A stretch of 64,000 bases of DNA from Candidatus Omnitrophota bacterium (lineage in GTDB: Bacteria > Omnitrophota > Gorgyraeia > Tantalellales > Tantalellaceae). Each line of letters begins with the position of its first letter. Position 1 is the first letter of the stretch. The notes under the pieces were generated by a model. The model did not search any database, had not been told where the DNA came from, and worked only from the letters and a program-made list of their open reading frames with translations. Positions 44,774 to 54,832 of this stretch are shown here, one piece after another. The translations under genes were made by a program, and so were the position numbers. The stretch spans positions 17,644-81,643 of the forward strand of contig JAQUQS010000007.1 of NCBI GenBank assembly GCA_028715965.1. The letters run 5' to 3'.

Positions 44774-46075
44774 ATGGAAAAGAAGATTTATTGCGCTATT
44801 TATACCAGAAAATCTACTAATGAGGGGCTTGAAAAGGACTTTACTACCTTAGACGCCCAGCGGGAGTCGGCTGAGAACTATATTAAAAGTCAGAAATCTA
44901 CTGGGTGGACGGTCTTAAGGGAGAAGTATAATGACGGTGGTTTTACAGGAGCTAATACTGAACGGCCGGCTCTTAAAAGGTTATTGGATGATATCCGGGG
45001 AGGAAAGATTAACTGCGTGGTAGTATATAAGGTAGATAGGCTCTCCCGTTCCCTCCTGGACTTCACTAAACTCCTGGAATTCTTTGATCAAAATAATGTG
45101 ACATTCGTATCAGTAACTCAACATTTTAATACACAGTCGTCCATGGGAAGATTAACGCTCAACATCCTCCTCTCTTTCGCCCAGTTCGAAAGGGAGATGA
45201 TCTCAGAAAGAACAAAGGATAAAATGGGCGCTGCCAGGAAGAAAGGCAAGTGGGTTGGCGGGCAACCTCTTCTTGGATACGATCTTGATAGAGAAAACCG
45301 AAGGATCATCATTAACGAGCAGGAAGCCAAATTAGTAAGAAAGATATTTGACATATATCTCAGAGAGAATTCGATGCTTAAGACAACCAGCATTCTAAAT
45401 GAGGAAGGATTTACTACAAAGAAATATGTAGCCAAATCCGGCAGGATAACCGGTGGTAAGCAATTCGTAAAAAATACCATACAACAGACACTTAATAATC
45501 CCATCTATACGGGCCGGGTGTTTTATGAGAAGAAAATGTATCCGGCGGAGCATGAAGCGATCATCTCGGTAGAGTTATTTGATAAGGTGCAGGAACGCAT
45601 TACATATAACCGGGTTAATCGGAAGATAAAGAAAAACGCGCAGTGTGCCGGGTTATTGTCACAGATCATTCGATGCCAAGCATGCAACTCTCCCATGTTC
45701 CATTCATATTCGGTTAAGGATAAGGTGAAAAAATATAGGTATTACGTATGTGTGAACGCGCAGAAGAAAGGTTATGCTGTCTGCCCTACCAGGAGCGTTA
45801 ATGCGCAGGAGATGGAAGATGCGGTATATGATCTTTTGCCGAAACAAGAGATAAAGGATTCTCTCCTCTCGGAAAGATACCGATCAGTTTTAGAAAAAAC
45901 GCGAGAGAGATGGCAAGAATTAACCGCGGATGAGAAGCACCACATAATGAAACATCTTCTAAGTGAGATTGATTATAACGGTGAGACTGGCACGCTTGGA
46001 ATGACGGTTAATGAGAAAGGTATTGAAGAACTATACGAAGAGCTGAAAGGAGAAGAAAATGAGATCAGAGTTTAA
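44774..46075 (+). CDS. Large serine recombinase (resolvase/invertase N-domain + recombinase domain + zinc ribbon/coiled-coil)
   Basis: N-terminal CAIYTRKSTNEG (catalytic Ser region) and VVYKVDRLSRS. C-terminal Cys pairs CQAC...CVNAQKKGYAVC. The start was set at the ATG with a GAGGAG Shine-Dalgarno. Confidence 0.85.
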   Translation: MEKKIYCAIYTRKSTNEGLEKDFTTLDAQRESAENYIKSQKSTGWTVLREKYNDGGFTGANTERPALKRLLDDIRGGKINCVVVYKVDRLSRSLLDFTKLLEFFDQNNVTFVSVTQHFNTQSSMGRLTLNILLSFAQFEREMISERTKDKMGAARKKGKWVGGQPLLGYDLDRENRRIIINEQEAKLVRKIFDIYLRENSMLKTTSILNEEGFTTKKYVAKSGRITGGKQFVKNTIQQTLNNPIYTGRVFYEKKMYPAEHEAIISVELFDKVQERITYNRVNRKIKKNAQCAGLLSQIIRCQACNSPMFHSYSVKDKVKKYRYYVCVNAQKKGYAVCPTRSVNAQEMEDAVYDLLPKQEIKDSLLSERYRSVLEKTRERWQELTADEKHHIMKHLLSEIDYNGETGTLGMTVNEKGIEELYEELKGEENEIRV

Positions 46076-46415
46076 TATTGGCATTAAACAACCACGGAAA
46101 AGATCGCATACGGCTATAAGTAAACATATTAGGAAGGAGCCGGTTATAAGACAATACTTGGTCTTGGCTTATCAGATCAAGCAATACCTGGAGGAAAACC
46201 CTGATAAAACCGCAAGCGCTATCGCGTCCTGGCTGGGACTTTCCCCTTCGCGGATATCGCAGATATTGAATTTGCCATTACTTTGTCCGGAGGTACAGGA
46301 AGAGATTTTGTTGTCTGAGGATAAGAAATTGTATTCTATTCCTGAACATAAGGTCCGAGTTATTACTAAAGAAAAGAATTGGGAGAAGCAGTGGGATATG
46401 TGGCAGGTGTTTTAG
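46059..46415 (+). CDS. Small HTH protein overlapping recombinase 3' end (possible directionality/regulatory factor)
   Basis: 118 aa containing AIASWLGLSPSRISQILNL. It overlaps the recombinase gene by 17 bp. Confidence 0.45.
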   Translation: MRSEFNIGIKQPRKRSHTAISKHIRKEPVIRQYLVLAYQIKQYLEENPDKTASAIASWLGLSPSRISQILNLPLLCPEVQEEILLSEDKKLYSIPEHKVRVITKEKNWEKQWDMWQVF

Positions 46416-46432
46416 ATCATTATTTTCAAAGC

Positions 46433-47953
46433 TTAGTTTATGTCACGCTTCTTCGACATCTCCAATTTAAACTTATTTTCACAATATTTAAATAGCATTA
46501 AATCACACATTATTTTACATTTAGCAGCTTCCTCGAAATTTAACGTCTGCTCATTACCTCTTGAATGCATTGCATCCCGGCCACGAACAATATAAATATT
46601 TTTAACCTCTTCAGCAAGTTCATTATCTATACCTAATTTTTTTAATTCACTCTGCATTTTTTTGACATCAAGTTTTTTCCCGTCTGGTTTATTAAGTATT
46701 TCAACTTTAATAAATCGTTCCATTAACAGAAAATAATTTGAAAAAGCTTCTGTATAAAAATTGTTTTCGAAAGTATCAGATCCCATTAAGGTAGTTGCCT
46801 TTATATACAGTTCAAAATATCTTTCATGCAATTTACCCATTGCACCAAAAACCATCATAGTTCTATGCATATCATCACGCGTTAATTCCCTATTTTCTAT
46901 TCTCTCATCCTTTGACCTTTTAATTTTAATTTTCACATCCCGCTTGTTTTTTAAATCATATAGTTTCGTAAATCTAAATGGCCATGCTGGAGGCGTCCAC
47001 CAAAAATGACCGAATGTCCCCACGTTTAACGCAACAACATGAATCATAGTCACCATCATGGCTTTTACATAGAGCTCATCATCTTTTTGAAATTCTGGCA
47101 ATGCTTGGCGTATTTCGACCTCGCGATCACTTATCCTCTTCATTTTCAAACAATCACAAGTGTCATTCCAATATTCCAGGGCTTCTGTAGTCCATATATG
47201 CGAATATGAGAATATTTTCGATTCTACGTACCACCTCTTATCTATGAGTTTTTCATCCTTTATTCTAGTTTTATCTTGCTTACAAATTTTTCCCCATTTT
47301 GTTTTTATATAGTTTATCCAGGCCAAAGAGTCTTTTAATTCGGCAAACTTTTCAATGGATTCCTTACTATTAATGAATGTTAAAAAATCTTTATCATCTG
47401 AGTTCTCATACAACCACTGAACACTATCTCTTATTTCAAGAAATCCATCTTCGGTATTTCTAACTTTATGAGATTTATCAACTTCAATCCTTGCCTTGGC
47501 AAGATCAATCAAGCTTTTTACTTGGTTCTTTTCAATGCGGTCATCCGGATATGTAAAGCCTGTTTTATCGTATACCTCAACACCCATCGCATCTTGGCTT
47601 TGTATTGACCAAAGCCTCGAAAGGTTTATGAAATTCAATAATTCTTCCCTACTAAATCGTTCCATATTACCCGTCATAAGCGAAAGGACAAGACACTGTT
47701 CGGTAGATAGCCACCGCTTATGAAACCGCTCAAGCATTTTGTTATCATTAAGGACTCCTCCCATATTAATGATTAAAAGATTCCGTTTCCCCAATTCAGC
47801 AATTGCCCTAATAGCCAAACAGTATGCCCTGGGATATCTTCCTGCATCATAAAGAAGATTTGCCTCCATCAAAAGATTACTTGCATTCTGCAAGCAATAC
47901 TCAATCGCTTGTTTTATGTCTTCGTCCTTAAAAATCATTTGGTCATCCTCCAT
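46433..47953 (-). CDS. Large hypothetical protein (506 aa), possible HEPN/Abi-like
   Basis: C-terminal RGRDAMHSRGNE gives an Rx5H arrangement. No other recognisable motif. AT-rich gene. Confidence 0.4.
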   Translation of the reverse strand: MEDDQMIFKDEDIKQAIEYCLQNASNLLMEANLLYDAGRYPRAYCLAIRAIAELGKRNLLIINMGGVLNDNKMLERFHKRWLSTEQCLVLSLMTGNMERFSREELLNFINLSRLWSIQSQDAMGVEVYDKTGFTYPDDRIEKNQVKSLIDLAKARIEVDKSHKVRNTEDGFLEIRDSVQWLYENSDDKDFLTFINSKESIEKFAELKDSLAWINYIKTKWGKICKQDKTRIKDEKLIDKRWYVESKIFSYSHIWTTEALEYWNDTCDCLKMKRISDREVEIRQALPEFQKDDELYVKAMMVTMIHVVALNVGTFGHFWWTPPAWPFRFTKLYDLKNKRDVKIKIKRSKDERIENRELTRDDMHRTMMVFGAMGKLHERYFELYIKATTLMGSDTFENNFYTEAFSNYFLLMERFIKVEILNKPDGKKLDVKKMQSELKKLGIDNELAEEVKNIYIVRGRDAMHSRGNEQTLNFEEAAKCKIMCDLMLFKYCENKFKLEMSKKRDIN

Positions 47954-48283
47954 CTTAGAATCAATTATAATGTATTTAGGTCAATCCCTCAACCTACAGA
48001 GATAAACTAGAGATAAATAGGCCCAAATATATGGCCGGTTTTTAGTTAATATCCGCTTTTATCTCTATTGTTCCTCATTATCTCTATCAACTTATGCCCA
48101 TTATAGTAAGGATACGGGATTGACTACGGATAGTTGACTAAAGGCCCTTTTAGAGATAAAGAGATAACCAAGTTCGCATATGGGATTGCTTTAGGGCCTT
48201 TGGCCCTTCGCAATGACGGTGACGCGGGGGCAATAGTCGCGTAAGTCTTTAGGACGTAGGGATATGCGACATATCCAGGAAAG

Positions 48284-48321
48284 CAAAAAGCCCCGTAACA
48301 TTTTCATGCTACGAGGCTTTT
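48284..48321 (-). terminator. Hairpin + T-run downstream of tRNA-Lys
   Basis: gccccgtaac attttcat gctacgaggc is an imperfect 10-bp stem followed by Ts on the minus strand. Confidence 0.5.
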
Positions 48322-48325
48322 ATAA

Positions 48326-48401
48326 GTGGTGAGCCGCCTTGGACTCGAACCAAGCACAACCACATTAAAAGTGTGGTGCTCTACCTGATGAGCTAGCGGC
48401 C
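48326..48401 (-). tRNA. tRNA-Lys (anticodon TTT), CCA encoded
   Basis: The reverse complement is GGGCCGCTAGCTCATCAGGTAGAGCACCACACTTTTAATGTGGTTGTGCTTGGTTCGAGTCCAAGGCGGCTCACCA. The anticodon loop is CTTTTAA. Confidence 0.9.
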
Positions 48402-48410
48402 CTTATTCCT

Positions 48411-48977
48411 TTATCCCTTTATTTCTTTTTGTTTCTCAGCGAAAAGTTCGTCGAGCTTTTTCGAATATTGTTCGGTAAGCTTCTGCACCCGGTCCCTGGT
48501 GAGGAACTTATCGTCTTCAGTCATTTTCTTGTCCTTTTCGAGCTTCGCGGCCTCGTCGTTGGCGTTGTGGCGAGCGTTGCGTATGGAGACCTTACCCTCT
48601 TCTTCCATCTTATGCAGCACTTTTACAAGCTCCTGCCGTCGTTCTTCCGTAAGCTGCGGCATTGAAAGCCTTATTACCCTGCCGTCGTTCATTGGCGTGA
48701 TCCCCAGGTCGGAAGAAAGTATGGCCTTCTCGACCATGGACATCGACGCCTTATCCCACGGCTGTATCACAATAAGACGCGGCTCCGGTACGCTTATGTT
48801 GGCCAGCTGTTTAAGCGGCGTCATCGTACCGTAATAGTCCACCTTCATATGCTCTACAAGTCCTGGATGGGCGCGCCCTGTACGAACCGTGGCGAAATGT
48901 TTCTTTACCGCATCGAGTGCACCTTGCATTTTCTCTTCCGTCACCCTGACTATCCTGTCGGTCTCAGTAGTAAGCAT
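48411..48977 (-). CDS. frr: Ribosome recycling factor
   Basis: MLTTETDRIV...VRTGRA...RNARHNAN motifs. The start was set at the internal Met, giving 188 aa. Confidence 0.85.
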   Translation of the reverse strand: MLTTETDRIVRVTEEKMQGALDAVKKHFATVRTGRAHPGLVEHMKVDYYGTMTPLKQLANISVPEPRLIVIQPWDKASMSMVEKAILSSDLGITPMNDGRVIRLSMPQLTEERRQELVKVLHKMEEEGKVSIRNARHNANDEAAKLEKDKKMTEDDKFLTRDRVQKLTEQYSKKLDELFAEKQKEIKG

Positions 48978-48991
48978 GGTCCACCACCTTT

Positions 48992-49711
48992 TCAGCTTAT
49001 TGTAGTGCCTATTTTTTGCCCGTTTATCGCTTTTTTGATGTTTCCTTTTTTCTTTATACTGAACACCACTATCGGCAGCGAGTTGTCCATGCAAAGGCTT
49101 ATCGCGGTCGCGTCCATCACTTTCAGCTGCTTTTCCAGGACTTCCCAATATCCCATTTTTTCGAATTTTTTCGCGTTCTTGAACTTCAGCGGGTCCTTGG
49201 AATATACCCCATCGACCTTGGTCGCCTTAAGTATCATGTCGGCCCCGATCTCGACGGCCCTCAACGCGGCAGCGGTATCGGTCGTAAAATAAGGATTGCC
49301 CGTTCCGCACACAAAGATAACTATCCTGCCTTTTTCAAGGTGTCTTATAGCTCGCCTGCGTATATACGGTTCCGCCAGCTGGTGCATCTCAATAGCCGTC
49401 ATGACACGTGTGTGCACATCGATCTTCTCGAGCGCGTCCTGCAGGGCCATCCCGTTGAGCATAGTCGCGAGCATCCCCATGTAATCAGCGTTAGCCCTGT
49501 CCATGCCCGACGCGGCCGCGCTCAGTCCCCTGAAGATATTCCCTCCTCCAATGACTATCGCGATCTCCGCGCCACCGGCGTGAGCTTCTTTTATCTGCTG
49601 TGCGAAAGAACGGTTGACATTAGGATCTATCCCATATCCAGTCGACCCCATGAGGGCCTCGCCGCTTATCTTCAGCAGGACCCTTCTTTTCTTCTTATGG
49701 GACTTAGCCAT
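48992..49711 (-). CDS. pyrH: UMP kinase
   Basis: [11 protein letters not shown]...GGGNIFRG motifs. 239 aa. Confidence 0.9.
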   Translation of the reverse strand: MAKSHKKKRRVLLKISGEALMGSTGYGIDPNVNRSFAQQIKEAHAGGAEIAIVIGGGNIFRGLSAAASGMDRANADYMGMLATMLNGMALQDALEKIDVHTRVMTAIEMHQLAEPYIRRRAIRHLEKGRIVIFVCGTGNPYFTTDTAAALRAVEIGADMILKATKVDGVYSKDPLKFKNAKKFEKMGYWEVLEKQLKVMDATAISLCMDNSLPIVVFSIKKKGNIKKAINGQKIGTTIS

Positions 49712-49729
49712 AGATCCCCTGTCTTTAAG

Positions 49730-50323
49730 TTATAATTGTTCGCCTACTTCGAACCGGGCGTATCTCCTTACCACTATGTTCTCTCCTATGGCCGCTATGG
49801 TCTGCGTTACCAGGTCTTTCACCGAGATATTCGGGTCCTTTATGAACGGCTGTTCCATAAGGCAAACTTCCCCGAAGAACTTCTCTATTTTCCCGTTCAG
49901 TATCTTCTCGACCACCTCGGCCGGCTTATTCCCTTCTATCTGAGTACGGAATATCTCTTTTTCCTTCTCGATGATCTCTTCCGGAACATCCTCCCTGGAA
50001 AGATACATAGGGTTGGCGGCCGCTACCTGCATAGCGAGATCATTGGTCATTTTCCTGAAATTCTCGTTCCTGGCCACAAAATCCGTCTCGCAGTTGACCT
50101 CGACCATAACGCCTATACGATTTCCTGTGTGTATGTAGCTTTCTATCACGCCCTGGCTGGCCACTCTCGAGGATTTTTTTGCCGCCTTGGCTATGCCTTT
50201 TTTCCTGAGTATCTCGACAGCCTTGTCCATATCGCCATTCGCTTCTTTAAGCGCGCTGTTACATTCCATCATACCGGCTGATGTCTTATACCTGAGGTTC
50301 TTTACCGCTTCCTTGAAATCCAT
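49730..50323 (-). CDS. tsf: Elongation factor Ts
   Basis: N-terminal UBA-like AVKNLRYKTSAGMMECNSALKEANGDMDKAVEILRKKG. Short-form EF-Ts of 197 aa. Confidence 0.9.
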   Translation of the reverse strand: MDFKEAVKNLRYKTSAGMMECNSALKEANGDMDKAVEILRKKGIAKAAKKSSRVASQGVIESYIHTGNRIGVMVEVNCETDFVARNENFRKMTNDLAMQVAAANPMYLSREDVPEEIIEKEKEIFRTQIEGNKPAEVVEKILNGKIEKFFGEVCLMEQPFIKDPNISVKDLVTQTIAAIGENIVVRRYARFEVGEQL

Positions 50324-50376
50324 GATATTTTCTCCTCTTTATCTTATTTTCTCTTTTTACCGGCGACCGTAGTTAC

Positions 50377-51273
50377 TTATTTGCCTGCCTCAAGATTGAT
50401 ATCGCCTTCAACGGCGTTCTCAGCCGGCTTTTCTTCCTGCTTTTCCTGCACACTTTCGGTCTCGGGTTTTTTCGGCTCTTCTTTCACCTCGACCCTGGCC
50501 GGCTTTTCCTTAGGAGCTTCGGTTCCCGCGGCCTTAGGCAACGATTCGGCCTTGCTGGCGGCCGCTGCCTTGCGTTTGGACGCGAATTCCTGGCTTCCCT
50601 TCAGGGCGGCATCCGCTACCTTGGATATTACGCACTTTATCGATCGGATAGCGTCATCATTACCGGGTATAGGGAAATTTATCATATCCGGGTCGGAATT
50701 CGTGTCTATAAGAGCCACTATTGGTATGCCTATTTTATTGGCTTCCCGTATAGCTATGTGTTCCGCCTCGGCATCTACAGCTACCAGACAATCGGGAAGC
50801 GTCTTCATTTCCCTGATGCCCTCAAGGTTCTTTAACAGCTTGTATTCCTCGTGGTCCACACGTGCTTTTTCCTTTTTCGACATCGTTCCCAGCACGCCAC
50901 TGGTCTTCTGTTCCTGTATGAGGTTCAACCTTTCCACACTCTTACGTATGGTAGTGAAATTGGTAAGACATCCGCCCAACCAGCGTTCATCGACATAATA
51001 CATGCCGCATTTCTGGGCTTCTTCTTTCACGATATCCTGCGCCTGCTTTTTCGTGCCTACGAAAAGTACTTTTTTGCCCGAAGCGGTAAGTTCTCTTACC
51101 GCGTCAACGGCTTTCTGAAGTGCTTCTTCCGTCTTCCTGAGGTCGATGATGTATATCCCGCTTTTTTCTCCGAAGATATACTTCTTCATTTTGGGGTTCC
51201 ATTTATTGGTCTGGTGCCCGAAATGTACCCCGTTCTCCAAAAGCTGTTTCAATGTTTCCGTCGCGACTGTCAT
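50377..51273 (-). CDS. rpsB: 30S ribosomal protein S2 with Lys/Glu/Ala-rich C-terminal extension
   Basis: VHFGHQTNKWNPKM and LVGTKKQAQ motifs. 298 aa. Confidence 0.9.
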   Translation of the reverse strand: MTVATETLKQLLENGVHFGHQTNKWNPKMKKYIFGEKSGIYIIDLRKTEEALQKAVDAVRELTASGKKVLFVGTKKQAQDIVKEEAQKCGMYYVDERWLGGCLTNFTTIRKSVERLNLIQEQKTSGVLGTMSKKEKARVDHEEYKLLKNLEGIREMKTLPDCLVAVDAEAEHIAIREANKIGIPIVALIDTNSDPDMINFPIPGNDDAIRSIKCVISKVADAALKGSQEFASKRKAAAASKAESLPKAAGTEAPKEKPARVEVKEEPKKPETESVQEKQEEKPAENAVEGDINLEAGK

Positions 51274-51503
51274 ATACTTTCTCCTCCTTGCTACCCGCCG
51301 GTACCTGCCTTTGTGCGATTATAAAACCCAACTCAGGCTCATCGCACGCATCGGTTAGGCGGCTTAATAAATAGTCTTCCGCTAAAGACTTGAACGATTA
51401 TTATATATATTTCATGCATAAATGCAAGTATTTTATTCCGTTTCCCCGTAAAGAGAGTATTTACAGCCACTTGCCGCTTGCGGGATATATTTGTGGGCCG
51501 GGT

Positions 51504-53333
51504 TCAGGAGGATTGTTTGCTGGAAAACTGCATTTCATAAAGCTTTTTATATAAAGCACTTCTGGCAATAAGATCCTCGTGCTTGCCGGAATCCGTTATT
51601 CTCCCCCGGTCTATTACGATGATCTTGTCCGCGTGTTTCACCGTGCTCAACCTATGGGCAATAACTATGACCGTACGGCCCTTCATAAGGTTGTTAATAG
51701 CTTCCTGTACAAGCTGCTCGCTTTCCGTATCCAGCTGGGAAGTAGCTTCATCGAATATCAGTATCGGGGGATTCTTGTATATGGCCCTCGCAATGGCTAT
51801 CCTTTGCCTTTGCCCCCCGGAGATCTTGAGGCCACGTTCACCTATTATCGTATCATACCCTTCCGGGAAATCCTTGATGAACATATGGGCGTTCGCCGCT
51901 TTAGCCACTTTAACGAGCTGTTCTTCGTCTATCTCCTCATGGCCATAACTTATATTTGCTTTCACGGTATCGTTAAAAAGCAGGGTCTCCTGGGTGACCA
52001 GGCCTATTTTGCTGCGAAGTGAAGCAAGGGACACGGTCCGAAGAGCATGTCCGTCTATCTTTATGGTACCTCCATTCGGGTCATAGAACCTGGGGATAAG
52101 GTTCACAAGGGTACTTTTTCCCCCTCCGGACGGCCCCACAAGCGCCACGATCTCCCCCTTCTTTATGGTAAGATCTATGTCCTTGAGCACCTCTTCCTTT
52201 TTCTCATCATATTTGAACGACACGCCCTTGAACTCTATCTCCCCGCTGAAACTCTCTAACTCAACAGCATTTACGGGATCCTGTATAGTAACGGGTTCAT
52301 CCAATATCTCGAATATACGCTCTGTCGCGGCCAATGCCTGCTGGTTTATGCCATATACGTTACTGAGCCTCTTGACCGGTTTCATGAGCGAAAAGACCGC
52401 TCCCAGGAATGCCGTAAAAACGCCCGCCGAAAGCACGCCAGTAACTATGCTCTTGCCTGCCATCCAGATGATAACCGCCACACAAAGCACGCCCATGGCT
52501 TCGGTAAGAGGGCTGACTATTTTTATACGTTTTTCGGATTTCATGTTCAGCTTGTAGAAGGAATGGTTCTCGTCCCGGAAACGTCCGAGCTCGTAATCTT
52601 CCATACCGAACGACTGTACCAGTTTCACCCCGGATATGGTCTCGAGAAGCATGTTGTTTATATCGCCGATCTTCTCCTGGGACCTTTTGCTGATCTTCCT
52701 CAGTTTCTTGCCGATAAGCACTACGGGATATAGTATTAACGGGAATATTATAAGGCTTACCAGTATGATGCTCCATGGTATGCCGAAGAACAGCTTGATA
52801 CCTATAAGAAGCACGGTATAAACTACGATCTGTATGGGCTGATAAAATGTATCCGCCAGCCCCGTGGAGATGGCGTCCCGGATAATACCGGCATCATAGG
52901 TTATGCGGGACATCAGCTGGCCGGTGGGATTCCTGTTGTAAAAATCCATGGAAAGTTCCTGGAGTTTTTCATATATCATGTTCTTGACTTCCCTTATGAC
53001 CCTCTGGCCCACATCCGTCATAAGGTATGACTGCAGAAAAAGGAATATCCCCTTCAATATGAAAAATATCACCACCAGAAGGCTTAGGACATTCAGTAGT
53101 TCCAGGTTATCCATAGCATTGACCCGGGAGACAAGATCCGTCAACATTTGCGGTGCTTTTATCCCTGACGGGATAGTTATCTCGCGCCCGGATATGATCT
53201 TATCCACCATGGGTATGATAAGTCCAAGCGGCGATGCGCTGAATATGGTGGACAACATCATGCAGACGACCGCGGCGGCAAAAACGCCGCTATGCGGTAG
53301 TATAAGCTTGATAAATCTCAGGTAGTTCTTCAT
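51504..53333 (-). CDS. ABC transporter permease/ATPase fusion (MsbA-like exporter)
   Basis: Six TM helices, then Walker A GPSGGGKST, signature LSGGQRQR and Walker B ILIFDEATS. Confidence 0.85.
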   Translation of the reverse strand: MKNYLRFIKLILPHSGVFAAAVVCMMLSTIFSASPLGLIIPMVDKIISGREITIPSGIKAPQMLTDLVSRVNAMDNLELLNVLSLLVVIFFILKGIFLFLQSYLMTDVGQRVIREVKNMIYEKLQELSMDFYNRNPTGQLMSRITYDAGIIRDAISTGLADTFYQPIQIVVYTVLLIGIKLFFGIPWSIILVSLIIFPLILYPVVLIGKKLRKISKRSQEKIGDINNMLLETISGVKLVQSFGMEDYELGRFRDENHSFYKLNMKSEKRIKIVSPLTEAMGVLCVAVIIWMAGKSIVTGVLSAGVFTAFLGAVFSLMKPVKRLSNVYGINQQALAATERIFEILDEPVTIQDPVNAVELESFSGEIEFKGVSFKYDEKKEEVLKDIDLTIKKGEIVALVGPSGGGKSTLVNLIPRFYDPNGGTIKIDGHALRTVSLASLRSKIGLVTQETLLFNDTVKANISYGHEEIDEEQLVKVAKAANAHMFIKDFPEGYDTIIGERGLKISGGQRQRIAIARAIYKNPPILIFDEATSQLDTESEQLVQEAINNLMKGRTVIVIAHRLSTVKHADKIIVIDRGRITDSGKHEDLIARSALYKKLYEMQFSSKQSS

Positions 53334-53406
53334 AATATGTCGCCGATCCTTTGTTCATTCAGGAATAAGCGTAGATTCTAGCACACATGCCATGTCTTGT
53401 CGAGTT

Positions 53407-53805
53407 TCACTTCCCGGCCACTCTCAATTCTATCTCCTCGGAGAAAAAGCCTTTTTTCCTCATATATCCGCCTGCCAGGAAGAATGACAGGACCGTGATC
53501 GCCATGCCTCCCGCAAAACCCGCAAGTGGTGACCCCGTAATAATATACACGCTTACCGTACCCAGAAAAAAACCCGCCAAGGGAAGCCCGTATACCAGGG
53601 AGTAAGCCTTGAGCACCGGACCGGTCCCTATGCCGATCTCTACGATATCTCCAGGCCGTATGGTCATTCCTCCCGGCACGTCCACCGTCATACGGGTCAT
53701 CTTACCCGATCCACAGCTACAACATTTGCTACAGGCTTCTTCCGGGCCCACTTCAAGAACGGCCTTTCCGCCTGCTATTTCGACCACTTTTCCGGTCCTT
53801 TTCAT
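53407..53805 (-). CDS. RseC/MucC-family (SoxR-reducing system-like) membrane protein
   Basis: N-terminal OB-like region with CSKCCSCGSG, followed by 2 TM helices. Confidence 0.6.
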   Translation of the reverse strand: MKRTGKVVEIAGGKAVLEVGPEEACSKCCSCGSGKMTRMTVDVPGGMTIRPGDIVEIGIGTGPVLKAYSLVYGLPLAGFFLGTVSVYIITGSPLAGFAGGMAITVLSFFLAGGYMRKKGFFSEEIELRVAGK

Positions 53806-53833
53806 GAGGCTACCATCTTTTCCCGCGCGATCA

Positions 53834-54832
53834 TCATACCCTGAGGTCTTCTATCTCTTCCCGGGACAAAGCCACGGTGGATATCTGCCTGGGGCTCCCG
53901 ACTCCCGAAAGAAGTTCCACGTTCGCCGTCCGCTCTTTTCTATATCTGGAATGGCTCACAACAAGCCCGGCGGCTTTTTCTATATTCCCCTCGGTCGCTT
54001 TTCCCCTTAAAATGGCATATGGCCCGGGTGTTTTAGCCCCGAACCATAGGACCACATCGCTTTTCTTTTTCATCCCCTTAAGGCTCTCGTTGTCGTCCTT
54101 GTTCCTGCCTACCACCACTTTAGTTCCGTCATCCAGCCGGAAATGCCTGCCGTACTTGAGAAGCAGCGCGTTGTCCTTGTCCAGCGGACCTTTTTTCGCC
54201 AATTCACGCAGCTTCCGGGAGAACATGGGATCGGTCAAAAGACAACCTCCTCCGGGCGAGAAATATCTGGTGAGCCCATATTCCTTCGCGAGCTTTAGCT
54301 GCTTTTCCCTGCCCCGTCCATGTATCTTCCACAACTTCTTCCGGTCCAGGACGCCTTTCTCTTCCGGAAGCGTCTGTTCCATGAACCCGGCCGAAAGAGG
54401 CCGGAGCAAAAGACCTTCTAGCCCGGAACATTTCTCTATCCGGTCGAGTGCCCGCCTATGCTGTGACATAGGCCTTTCGCCCAGCACTTCTCCTGTGACC
54501 ACAAAAGAGGCCCCCAGTTCTTTCATCATATCTTTAGCCACTTTAAGCATCAAAATTTTGCAATCTATACACGGGTTCATGTTCGACCCATATCCATGAC
54601 CCGGGTCTTTCAGCACGTTAAAGAATTTTTCGGAGATATCAACGAACTTTACCTGGATACCGGCTTCCTCGGAGGCGCATAGCACCTTCCGTATGAAACT
54701 ATCGGTATCGCGTGAAGCGAACTGCAGGATAAAACAGACCCCCTGCACTTCGACCCCCTGGTCCATGACGACACGGGCCGCCAAAAGACTGTCAAGTCCT
54801 CCGGATATCAGCGCTATCGCCTTTTTTTCCAT
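53834..54832 (-). CDS. PP-loop ATP pyrophosphatase (MnmA/ThiI-like tRNA thiolation enzyme)
   Basis: ALISGGLDS is the SGGxDS PP-loop. NPCIDCK and FVVTGEVLGERP resemble MnmA motifs. Exact subfamily unresolved. Confidence 0.5.
   Translation of the reverse strand: MEKKAIALISGGLDSLLAARVVMDQGVEVQGVCFILQFASRDTDSFIRKVLCASEEAGIQVKFVDISEKFFNVLKDPGHGYGSNMNPCIDCKILMLKVAKDMMKELGASFVVTGEVLGERPMSQHRRALDRIEKCSGLEGLLLRPLSAGFMEQTLPEEKGVLDRKKLWKIHGRGREKQLKLAKEYGLTRYFSPGGGCLLTDPMFSRKLRELAKKGPLDKDNALLLKYGRHFRLDDGTKVVVGRNKDDNESLKGMKKKSDVVLWFGAKTPGPYAILRGKATEGNIEKAAGLVVSHSRYRKERTANVELLSGVGSPRQISTVALSREEIEDLRV

Larger units (their letters stand above)
23754..48325. mobile_element. Putative composite genomic island / defence island integrated next to tRNA-Lys
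   Basis: The block is AT-rich relative to its flanks. tRNA-Lys lies at the right edge. Direct repeats carrying 16 bp of the tRNA-Lys 3' end lie at the left edge. Contents include a serine recombinase, phage terminase remnants, a ParB-MTase, a type I RM system and multiple nuclease/TIR genes. Confidence 0.4.

Noticed and set aside
49016-50281. 239-aa and 181-aa plus-strand ORFs
   Set aside because: They are antisense to pyrH and tsf and have no motifs.
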